Positions 1-10,400 of a stretch of DNA of 64,000 nucleotides are shown one piece after another; positions within the stretch are counted from its first letter, which is position 1; every line of letters begins with the position of its first letter. Source of the stretch: Raillietiella orientalis (taxonomy: Eukaryota); assembly GCA_036172245.1 (NCBI GenBank), contig JAYWIR010000026.1, positions 620,001 to 684,000 of the forward strand, given 5' to 3'. A program made the translations under genes and the position numbers. The notes under the pieces were generated by a model. The model ran no database searches, was not told the DNA's origin, and saw only the letters and a list, made by a program, of their open reading frames with translations.

Positions 1-416
1 CCCTGCGTCCAGCCGCTAACCTGGCTCCACTTTGCTGCGTACGCGGGATTGTGACGTGCTGGAGCAACGTCAGAAGACCGAGCCACAACAGGGATGCCGT
101 CGTACTTGCAGTCCGCTACCTGCGGATTGTGACCAGATGGCCCCACCTGGGAATTATACGGACGGACCTCGAGGGCATCCTGCGAAGGATGGACCCTCCT
201 CCCAGTGGTCAGTGATCCCTCCCCAACCCTCCCAAATCTTTTTGTTTTTATGTTTTATTTTTCTTTTTGTTTTTTCCCCCACCCCCTTCCGCTGCCGAGG
301 AGAGTCGCGCCGGTCTGCGTACCGGCGACCCGGCAAGTCCAGTTGAGTTGGCCGTAGTGGGGCCTCGTACCACGAATCAAAGAGAATGTTTAATAAACGC
401 CCCGGCGTGACCGGAT
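1..416 (+). mobile_element. 3' end of an L1/Tx1-like non-LTR retrotransposon (ORF2 C-terminus 3-215, 3' UTR, terminal motif)
   Basis: Frame from base 3 reads LRPAANLAPLCCVRGIV...RWPHL...LEGILRRM, matching the ORF2 C-terminus at 24517-25191. It is followed by a T-rich UTR and AATAAACGCCCCGGCGTGACCGGAT at 392-416. Confidence 0.9.
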
Positions 417-1736
417 GGCAACTAGCAACTTGGCGTCCGCATTCACTATTGTTATTGGACTCCAGTTGTTCATGCTCCTCAGATCTCCTCCCTTAGGGAG
501 GAGCCGCACCTTTGCCGAACGAAACGAGGCGGGAACGTCACCTGTTTCGCGTATCAGCAAGGTGAGTTGCTGTACCAGGGGGGTGAGCTCAGCCGCGAAA
601 GTTTGATAAAACTCCGCGGGCAGGCCGACCTCCCCTGGAGCCTTTCGCCTCTTGAGCTTTCCGATGGCCGAGAGTATCTCGTCCATCGTGAAAGGCTCGT
701 CGAGGGTCTTTCTCTGCTCCTCCCGGATCGCTGGAGCGCTTTCCGGAAGCAGGAGTCGTGAGACGTTCCTCTCCGGAGGTGCCCTGGTAAACAGGGAGGA
801 GTAGTAACTCCGCAGCAGTCCGCGGATTTGGGCAGGTGCCGAGTGCTCCTGGCCCTGATCCTCCAGTAAGCTGCCCGATCCGGACTGCCAGGCTTGCCTC
901 TCGGCTCCTGCTTTGTATTCCGCCAGCCTGCGGATGTCGGGGGTCCTGGCGTAACGGCGAGCCTGCAGGTAGGCTCGTTCGTTACGGACCCTGGTCCCAA
1001 AACACGTAGGTAGAAGGTGAAAAGGGAACTGGTCGCAGAACTCGTAAACGGACCTTTTGAAGCAGTCCCAATCCTGGAGTGTCTGCATCCTGAAGCTTTG
1101 TCTGAACGTGTGGAGATGTTCCGTAGCGTCCGGGAGCTTAAGCCAGTCCCCTGGGAGACGCCACGCTGACGAGGAGGGGCCCCTGCGGCGCGGATGGATC
1201 TCAAGGACTAGCGGGCGATGGTCAGACAGCTCGCACAGAAACTTGCCGCGCCTGCCTACGCAAGGGCACAGGTACTCGTCAAGAAACACGTGCTCAATGC
1301 TGTCTTCCATCAACGGTGCACTGGCCAACAAATTACAGGTGTGCACCGCCATGCACACTTCGTTGGCCAGGTCACGCTCGGGATTCTGCCCATCTGGTTT
1401 CAGGCGAACGTTGAAATCGCCTGCAACCAAATGGGCATTCCGCACGCCTGCTTCGGTCAGCCAGTCTCGGCGGAGGGCAAAGAAAAACTCTTTCCTTGCC
1501 CTCCTAGTCATCAGGTCCGCGCCGCTCGGTGCGTACACGTTCGTGACGATCAGATCGATCGAGTCGGACCACCTGAGAGTCAGCTGGCCGACACGACCGT
1601 GATCGTCGAACCACATGCCCCGAACCGCGGCGTCGACGGCTGGCAGAAGCAGGGAGGCGACACCGCAACTTTTCGCTCTCCCACACGTTTACCATAGCCG
1701 CCCTCCGGAGATCCGTTCGATCTCCCGCGCTCGTAC
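417..1736 (-). mobile_element. Element A, downstream part: ORF2 APE endonuclease to start of RT (interrupted on both sides)
   Basis: ORF 390..1616(-) has NVYAP, GDFN, SDH, KAPGEVGLPAEFY and NWSPITIVNADAK. It continues the reading that stops at 7757. Confidence 0.93.
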
Positions 1737-1848
1737 AGTGCAGACGTGTTTCCGCGTCTTTCCGCGCCAACGATCGGGCAACTTTGTGCCTGCGTTTTTG
1801 CTCGCACTTGTGTGTTCCTGTGCAATCTGCCAAGTAGCATAGTGCAAC

Positions 1849-3528
1849 ATGGCCAGTACACAGGATAGTGTGGAGCAGCAAGCCACTGGATGCACTTCAG
1901 CTGCACTTGAAGTGGCCGCATCCTCCGTAATGGTTTCCTCGCCCCCGGTGAGGAGTTACGCCGTCGTTACCTCCCAAAGACCAGGACCCTGCGATGCGGA
2001 GTTCCAGGCATATGTGTCATCAGGATACATGCCTGCACTCCGTTATAATGTCAGTGGGCCACTTAACGGGAGAATCGGTCGTGAGCTCAATGATGAGCTC
2101 GTCCGGATAGGCGTTCGCGAGGAGGAACTCCTTGCCATAATGCCTGCTGGCAGGATGGAATATACGAAGATTCGGTGCAAGAACGCAGCACTTGTGCAGC
2201 GCCTTCTCCATACGCCGTTGACCATCAATGGCAAGGAAGTCCTACCTACCGCGATGGACGACTCTTTTGTCGTTCAATTGTGCGACATCGAACCGGAAAT
2301 CTCCGACCGCGATGTCGTAAGTGTGCTGGCGAAGTTCGCCACCGTGCACGCTCTGTGGAGGAGGCCAAATCCTCTAAAGGATTTCCCCTCTGTCCACATT
2401 GGACAAGCCTCCGCGAGGATCACCGTCGCGAACAGGCGGGTTGTGCCTGAGCAGCTGCAGGTGAACGGCACGGTCGTTCACCTGTGGTTCATAGGCCAGA
2501 CTCGCGCGTGCGAGCAGTGCGGCAAGGATGGGCACCGAATTAAAGAGTGCCCCTCTCCAAGATGCCGCTATTGCAAAGATTTCGGGCACGAAATCAAGAA
2601 GTGCCCGGTACTTGCAAGAAAAAGAGCCGCAGCGGAAATTCGTCGGGTTCAAGAGACCACTGCACGAAAAGCCGCAGCGGCAAATAAAAAACGTCGTCTG
2701 CAAAAACTCGAAAAAAACCACGAGCGATCCGCGGATAAAAAGAAAGCATCCCCGCCCGCAACGCCCCGAAAGGGGAAAGTCACGGCGGGGAAGCCAATTA
2801 AAAAGGGGCGCGAGGGTTTGACGCGTGCCGTGCCTTCCCTCTCTGCCGAACTCGCAGGCACCTTTCCGAACCTGGAACCAGGAAATCTCCGTAACACCCT
2901 GGAGGGAAAGGTAGGAAAACAGGAAGATCGCAACAGTGCGAAGACTTCTTGCCCCGTTCCGTTGTCCCTTCCGAGTTCCGGACAGCCCCACTGCAGCGCA
3001 GGCCCCACTGCAAAGGCTACAAAAGCCGTAAAAAGCAGCGTCGCGACGAGCAAAAGCACGCTGCATGCAGTCGCCCCATCGCCGACTCGGCAGGAGAGGA
3101 GCAATCTCCCGACTGTCAAGAAGGTGACTCCGTTGCCGCCTTTTAAAGGCGTAGCGAAAGCAACGCCCCCAGAGAACGCAGCGAAAATCCCGGAGGTTTC
3201 CGCAACTACTGTCGCGGAAGCTTCCGAAAATCGCGAAGGCGAATGGAAGGTTGTGGAGAGGAGGAAAGAAAAATCTCCAAACAAAGCTCCGCAACCTCCA
3301 TCCCTGAGCTCTTCCAAAGGAAAAAGCAGTCGCGCGAATACGAAAACACGCGCGGCTTGTGACTCTTCCAAGGAAAAAGCCAACGCCTTCAACGCGTGCA
3401 AGTCCGCTTCTGTGACCGCCGAGAAGACCATTCCGGTGCAATCGGACCGATGCAAGCGCACGTCGATCGTGCGAGCATCAGACTTCGCAAAGGAGTCCGA
3501 TAACGTGCCAGGCCCCCCCCCCCATTCA

Positions 3529-3559
<31 letters not shown>

Positions 3560-3833
3560 AAGTGTGTGTGTGTGTGTGTGTGTCGACGCTGAACGACGCG
3601 TTACTCGCGTGGAAGCGATCGCCCGCAGGGCTGAAGCCCTGAGACGTGACACACTCGTCGCGAAACGGCGATTGCTCACCCCGGAACCCACAGGTTCTGC
3701 ACCCGGGGAGGAGCACTCGATTACGTGCAGCACAGTTGAGGCCGGTGGCGACTGCGCCCTCCAGCTTGTCGTGCTACTTACTGTCCGCTCGCCAAGTGAG
3801 GCGAGCACCACGGCCTTGCTTTCCCAGCCGTGA
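1849..3833 (+). pseudogene. ORF1 of element B (gag-like, two CCHC zinc knuckles), frameshifted by a low-complexity insert at about 3510-3583
   Basis: CEQCGKDGHRIKEC and CRYCKDFGHEIKKC. The C-terminus continues in ORF 3564..3833, homologous to 31141..31740. Confidence 0.9.
3513..3583. repeat. Compound low-complexity tract: C-run, T-run, A-run, (GT)n
   Basis: Directly visible, and absent at the homologous position of the relative near 31490. Confidence 0.95.
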
Positions 3834-6800
3834 TGAGGGCAATCGCGTCTCCTCGTCGTGTTGTTGGGACGTCTTGAAACTTCAACGGGCTCCAACACGA
3901 GGAGAAGAGGCGACTAGTGGCTGACACTCTGCGCGCCTTCTACTTGACGCTCCTGCAGGAGATTCACAGCATCTCCGAAGAGCAGGCTGCCGAAATCGAA
4001 CGGCGCGCGGGCGGAACGCTACTTTATAGGTGCGGCGTTGCACGTACGTGCGGCGTCGCTTTCCTCGTGCGAGGAACTTTGGCGGGAGCGGTGCGCAGCG
4101 TTCGTTTCGACACGGACGGCCGAGTGGGACAGCTTGTACTCAAGTGGTCCGACTCGATCGACCTTGTCGTAACCAACGTGTACGCGCCGAGCGGTGCTGG
4201 ACGATGGGCCGAAAGGATTGAGGTCTTCGGTACCCTTCAAGGCCAGTGGCTCACTCGATCTCACCCTACTGTGGCCCATCTCATTGCGGGGGACTTTAAC
4301 GTCCACCTGCTTTCCGAGAATATATCCCACAAAAGGGAAAAGTTGCTAGCGGAAGAGATGTGCGCGTCCGTGCACGCGTGCAACTTGTTCGCTAGCGACC
4401 CTGTTATGGCAGCAACGCCGGACCACGTATACCTTGATGAACACTTGCTCTGTCGAGTGGGTCGGAGAGGTCCCGTGCTGTCCGTGCTTTCAGACCACAA
4501 CAGGCTCGAGTTCGAGTTGCTCCCGCCAGGCAAGGGGCCTCCAAACTGTTTTTGGAGGATGCCGGCAGACTGGCTAAGCCACCCGGAGGCGGCTGAGCAT
4601 CTTCGCCAGTACCTCCTCGGCTGTGCCATAAGTGAGCTCGAGGACTGGGACGATCTGAAAAGATCGGTCCGCGAGTTCTGCTGCCGGTTTCCCTTGCACC
4701 AGCTTCCGCGCGACTTCGGAGAGGGCGTAGCCAACAGCAGAGATTTTCTGCAGGCCCGCTCCTTTTCCAGGCGCGCGGACGTTGGTCGATTATCCGAGTA
4801 CAAGGCCAAGGCCGAGCGCCAGGTCTGGCAGTCAGGGGCGACAGTTCTGCTCGACGACCAGGACCGCGAATGCTCGGCTCCAGCCGACGTGCGACGGATA
4901 GTCAGGCGCTATTACTCTTCTCTGTATGCAGAGGCACCGACGGAACGCAGCCTCTCCCGGCTGCTTCTGCCGATTGATGCACCTGTTGTAGACGAGGTGG
5001 ACCGCGCGCGTCTTGATGAGCCCTTCACGGCAGAGGAAATTTCCTCGGCCATCTCTTGGCTCCAAAGACGAAAAGCACCAGGCGAAGATGGGCTCCCTGC
5101 GGAATTCTTTTAGTGTTTTGCGGCGGAGCTCATCTTCCTGGTGCTCCAACTGTCGTCGCTGATGCGAGACTCGGGCGATGTCCCCGCCTCGTTTCGATCA
5201 GCGAAGGTGCGTCTACTGCCGAAAGGCGGAGATTTGCGCCAACTGAACAACTGGCGTCCGATCACATTAGTGAATTCAGTCGTCAAGTTGTTCTCGAAAC
5301 TTTGGGTGGCGCGGATGGGTAGGATCGCAAAATCCTTGGTAAGTCCGGAGCAGACGTACGCTGTTCCTGGGCGGTCCATGGACGCGAATCTCTTGTTCAT
5401 CCGCACATGGCTGCAATTGCAGCATCGTGTGGCGGTGGATCGTCGGGCGGAAGCGACGCCTTCGATCTCTCACCGACGGAGGCGCGGGACGCAAAGGGAG
5501 ACACCGGGAGCCTTGGCGGTTGCAGTCGATCTGCACAAAGCTTTCGATTGCGTGAACCAAAAGCGTCTTCTTGAGCTTTTGGAACGTCTGGGTCTTCCGG
5601 CATCCCTGTTGGCGTACTTGCGCTCCTGCTGGCGCCACGCGATTACATCCATTGTTTTCAGTGGCTGTCGCGTGTACGGCGTGCCGGTACGACGAGGAAT
5701 TAGGCAGGGTGACAGCTTAAGCCCGCTGCTTTTCAGCATCTATTTTGAATTGGTGCTGGAGGCTTACAGGCTGACGCTAGCCAACCTGCCGAGCTCCTGT
5801 CCAGGTACGCCTGCCGTGGCAGCCTATGCCGACGACCTGCTTCTCCTGTTGCCCATGTCCACCCCGACAGCGTCGCTTGAAGATTTCTTTGAGTTTATCC
5901 GTCGTGGTGCGGGCGTGAGCGTTAACAGGAGTAAGTGTATGGTTGTTCCGGTTGGTGCGACGTGGGAGGGGCAGTCCGACTGGATCGACCTGGGGATCCC
6001 CACGGGCAGGTACCTCAGGTACCTTGGCGTGCCGTTGGGCGACTTCTGCGTCTCAGAAGCGTGGTCGGACTGCCTTCGGAAGGCAGAGCGTGCACTTAGC
6101 CCGTTTTCAGGAGGCGAGTTCGTCTTGCCTGAACGGGCCTGCATCTGGAACACCTTCGTTGCCCCCCTCCTCCGCCCCCTGTTTTTTGTTTGTCCACCCC
6201 CCCAGGAAGTCAAAGTCTGGGCGCAGCGCCTTCTACGCAAAGCGTTGTGGGGCGCTGCAAGATCCCGTGTTAGACTTAAAGACTTGGTGGCGCCGCGTCA
6301 GGATGCAGGCTTGGGCATCCTCGACTTAAACAGCATCGAACTTCAGGTGCAGTTTCGCATGCTGCGGCTCTGTGCCAAGCTGTGGTGTACGCCGTGGTGC
6401 TTACCCGCACGCCTTATACTGAGGCGCTGCACGGGAAGCGAGGGACTGCTTTCGTTGCTACCCCACTTTCGGCACACCAGAATAGGGTTTGGCTTCCCGC
6501 TGAGGCAGCTGTTCTCACTGCTGGAAGCCCAAAGCTGGATCTCCTGCCGCCCCATGAACATTAATGCATGGCGGCAGGAATCTTTTTCATCGTGGGCAGC
6601 TTCCGAAGGAACGCGCCCGGAAGATCTTCGACGCCTGCGACTTCTCCTCAGTCATCAAATGGACGAAGTCATGCAGGACAAGAAGTTGTCGGATCGTCTG
6701 TCCGCCACACCACTCGCCGTAGCGCTGTCTGCCCTCAGGGCAAGCAACGACGGTTGCCTACCGGCGGAATGGGAGTTCTCCTGCAAAATAGCGGGAGTCA

Positions 6801-7405
6801 GTAAGCTCCTCGGCAGCTGGACGACAAAGGAGCTGGTGCAAGCCGCCACACCTCGGAATCGGGCGAATGGACTGCTTCGGTGGAGCGAACATTTAAGTGT
6901 GCCCCCCGGAGAGATAGTGGTTCCCCCCGTTTGTTTGGACAGCTCCGTGTTCCCCCTTAAGTGGAAACAAGATGTGCTCCTCTTTTTACATTGTGCATTT
7001 CACTGTAATAGGCAGCGAAGCATCGTTTCCGGGGGAGCTGCTTTGCCAAACTGTTTAAGGTGCGGAGAGATCGAGTCTTTTCCGCACCTTTTGCTGGACT
7101 GCGGTGACCTCCGGGAACTGTGGCGAAGGCTCACTTCGGCCATCATGCCACAAGGAGGCACTGCCATTGATGTGCTGCGGCGCTTCGTCAGCAGAAATGG
7201 ACTTTCGGTTGGCGCGATTGTCGCAACCATATGTTGCGTTCGCACCATCGTGAAGGCCCGCTACGCCCTGGAGTTGTCAACGCAGCGAAGGCAGGCTCAC
7301 CTGCTTGCAGCTCAATTCATGGAGAAGGCTTCAAGGTGGTCTCATCTTCGTGACAAGGTGAATGAGGACATCACCGGCATACATCGCCGGTTTACACACC
7401 TTTGA
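3833..7405 (+). pseudogene. ORF2 of element B (APE endonuclease, reverse transcriptase, C-terminal CCHC finger) with two in-frame stops
   Basis: One frame from ATG 3833 to TGA 7405 with stops only at 3875 and 5111. Motifs LQEIH, NVYAP, GDFN, SDH, DLHKAFD, GIRQGDSLSPLLF, YADD, YLGVP, CLRCGEIESFPHLLLDC. Confidence 0.96.
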
Positions 7406-7756
7406 GAACGGCGTAATCCGGTGACCCCTGCGACCTCTCGCCCACCCATAGCCCGTCCCCGTTCGCTCGGTAAAATTTCCGGTGCCCATGCTTTTATCCC
7501 CGTGTCTTCCAGAGCGATCCCAAAGACCCTTATCCCGTCCTCCTTATTCATTGTTTTTATTTTATTTTGGTTTCTTTGTGTTTCCCGCCCCCCCACACCG
7601 TTCAAGAAACTGTTACTCTGGCCTGCGTGCCAGCAATATTCTCTTCATTCTTGTTCTGTCGTCGGTTGGGAGTTTGGTTCCCAACTGGTTTATTTTAAAT
7701 AATTGTTTTGTGTTTATGTTACACGGAATAAACGCCCCGGCGTGACCGGGTGAGAA

Positions 7757-8515
7757 ATCTCTTGCGCTTGTTCTGCATAGATCACGTGGATCTCCTGCAG
7801 CAGCGCAAGGTCGAAGGACTCCAGAAGGGCGGCCATGTCGCGTCTCCTGCCGGCGTCTTTCATGCCGTTCACGTTCCAAACGGCGATGCGCAGACGACGG
7901 CGGGAGGAACTTCCCGGCATTACTGCTGGGAAGATTAAGGTGTGGGGGAGCCCGCCTCTTGCGAGGCGGGCGGGATGTCCATCAAGGTTTCGGCTTTCTC
8001 AGGCACCTGAGGCACCTGATCGGCCTCCACCCCCTCCATCCCCTCCGTGTCGGAGATTGGTAGTCTCTCAGGCGACGGGTCCAGCGAGTTTCCCACGCTC
8101 TTGGCACCCTCGCTTCCGGAAGCCATCTCTTCCCCTTCGACGCGAGAGACGATCTTCCTCGGCTTTGGGGACTTACGTCCAGCCTTCTTGCGGGGCGCCG
8201 TGGAAACGGAGGCTGCGCTTCCAGCCTCCACCTCGGGGCCGGAAGTGGGGGACTCCTGAGGGAACGTCGGACGCCTTACGGCCTTCTTACTAGCTTTGGT
8301 GGGGGCTGGCTGCAGCGAGGCAGCCAGCTCCTCCGCCGCTCGCGCGAAGGCTACGTCATCGATGGTGGTGTCCATGACGGACGACGCCACTGGCTCGCTC
8401 CCCTCGCTGTTGACAGAGTCAACAGAGGGGAGCTACCGACGACCAAGGTTGGTCGTCGGTAGCGGCGAGTTCTTCCTGGCAGCGTTCGATAACATCGAAA
8501 CGGGTTCCATGACGA
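7757..8515 (-). mobile_element. Element A, upstream part: ORF1 C-terminus and ORF2 start
   Basis: ORF 7714..7920(-) reads MPGSSSRRRLRIAVWNVNG...LLQEIHVIYAEQAQEI. ORF 7935..8390(-) DDVAFARAAEELAASL matches the ORF1 segment at about 26730. Confidence 0.9.
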
Positions 8516-8519
8516 CGCT

Positions 8520-10400
8520 GGACGGACGTGTTCTGTGTTGCTCCTCGAGCGCGATTCCTTCTGTCTTCTTTGGGTGTGGTGTGCCCGAGTGCGTCCACTA
8601 AGATGTCCACGGCGCCCGTGCAGGAGAAGATGGATGTGGAGGCTGCAGCCGGCAATGGACTTTCTACCCCAGATTCCCTGCCCGCCTCTGATGCTTGTGT
8701 TTCGCCACCAGCGAGAAGCTTCGCCGCCGTCGTTCAGGTCGCGGCAGCCAACGGAGCACCGCCCGACGAAGTGGAGCTGGAAGCATATGCAACCCATGGC
8801 TACAAGCGTGCTCTCTGCTATGCAGTGAGTGCTCCTATCTCCGACGGGGTCGTAGATATTCTCTGAGATGAGCTTTTGCGCGTCGGGGTCCGACAGGACG
8901 ACCTCCTGGCCGTCATGCCGGTTTACAAGTTTGGACACTGGGAGGTGCACTGCAAAGAGGCATCCCTAGTGCAGCGCCTTCTCCGCATCCCGCTAAACAT
9001 ACGCGGGAAGGAGGTCGTCCCGTCGGCCATGGACCAGTCGTTTGTGGTCCGATTGTCCGCCGTTTAGGTGGACACGCCCGATCGCGTGCTCATCGGTGCA
9101 CTTAGTGCATTCGCCACGGTGCACGCACTGTGGAGAGCAGACAGTCCGATAAAAAGGATTGCTTACCTCCACAGCGGACTTGCCATGGCGCGTGTCACTA
9201 TGGCGGATAGGAGGCAAATGCCTCCGCACTTGCAGGTGGGCGATGCGATCGTCCACCTTAAATTTGCCGGTCAGCGACCGGCTTTCGGCATTTGCGGCGC
9301 AGAGGGCCACCGTCCGTGGACGTGCCCTTCTCGCAACTGCCGCTATTGGTAGCAGCTCGGCACTTCCATTAAAGGGTGCGCTGAGCTAAAGAAAGAACGG
9401 CAGGCGAAAATCCGCCAACAATCGACCCTGTTCGCGCCGAAAAGATTCCCCGTTGTGCCACGGGGGATCTTTTCCGGGCTCGAAGAGCGGGGCCTCATCG
9501 AGTGGCAGTCCCGCAAAAACGGCGCTGTCGCTCCAGGGAAGCCACCATCCCAGACTGCTGCGCAGACGGGAAAGAAGCCACGTCGCCCTGGGGGCAAATC
9601 TCCCCCTTCGAAGCAGCCCAAGAGCGCGGACACGCACTTAACGAAGGCTCCTGGACCGTCCGCGTCCGTTTCCGGATCCGGCGGAACACCTGCGGAACCG
9701 TGCGAGGGCACGCCCGGGACTGCCTCTGAACGGCCGTCCCCCTCAAAGGCCGCGGAGAACACGCCTTCCACGCCGAAGGCACGGGCAGCGAAGGCTGCAA
9801 TAGCGCATCGCGCGACGGTGGCAATGACCGTCGTTTCGCCCGTACCGGCCAAGGAGCAGGTGCAGCGCGTAACGGGGACGGTGCCGTCTCCCGTCGCGAG
9901 AGGGCAACCCGAGCCGGCATCTCCGGACAAACAATTGAGGAAGGCGTCGGCATCCCAGGAGGGCATCCCCGACGCGCGCTGGACTCGCGTTGCCATGACG
10001 CCCACAAAGGGGAAGAAGGTTGACCCTTCAATATTCCCCATCCTTAAGGTATGTGGGAGACAGAAGCGAAGCACGCCGAAGGTGCCTACCCAGGTACGCA
10101 CTACGGCTGCGTGCTCTGTCTCTGTCGCATCGCGCGAGAGGGCGGCTGCGGAAGCCAAAGCTCCGGAAGCGGCGTCTGCGTTGGCGACTGCGGCGTCCCA
10201 CGCGCGGTCAGGGCAAGCCGCCACCTGCCGCAAAAACAAGAGAGAGGCGAAACGCCAGTCTCGTTCTCGGCATTCGGACTCCGAGGTGGAGTCCGATTGC
10301 AAGCAAAGAGTGCGCGCACCCCGGGGTAACCCGCAAGCGCGCCTGTTGCCGAAGGCGGTTCCGGCCCCCGCACGGAGCCCGAGGCGATGATCCTCGGCTC
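8520..10400 (+). mobile_element. Element C: 5' UTR and degraded ORF1, ORF2 missing
   Basis: ATG 8603. LVQRLLRIPLNIRGKEVVPSAMD, FATVHALWR and knuckle remnant GICGAEGHRPWTC are homologous to ORF1 of B. Several in-frame stops. Confidence 0.9.

Larger units (their letters stand above)
1737..7756 (+). mobile_element. Element B: near full-length L1/Tx1-clade non-LTR retrotransposon
   Basis: 5' UTR, ORF1, ORF2, 3' UTR and terminal motif (7727-7751), flanked by a degenerate direct repeat ATCTCCCGCGCTCGTAC (1720-1736) / ATCTCTTGCGCTTGTTC (7757-7773). Confidence 0.95.

Noticed and set aside
2374..3716. Long antisense ORFs over ORF1 (also 9343-10302 and similar)
   Set aside because: Shadow frames of GC-rich coding sequence with no recognisable motifs.
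3875..5113. In-frame TGA/TAG in ORF2 as readthrough or an alternative genetic code
   Set aside because: Single-base changes from conserved W and Q codons seen in sister copies, and stop positions differ among copies.
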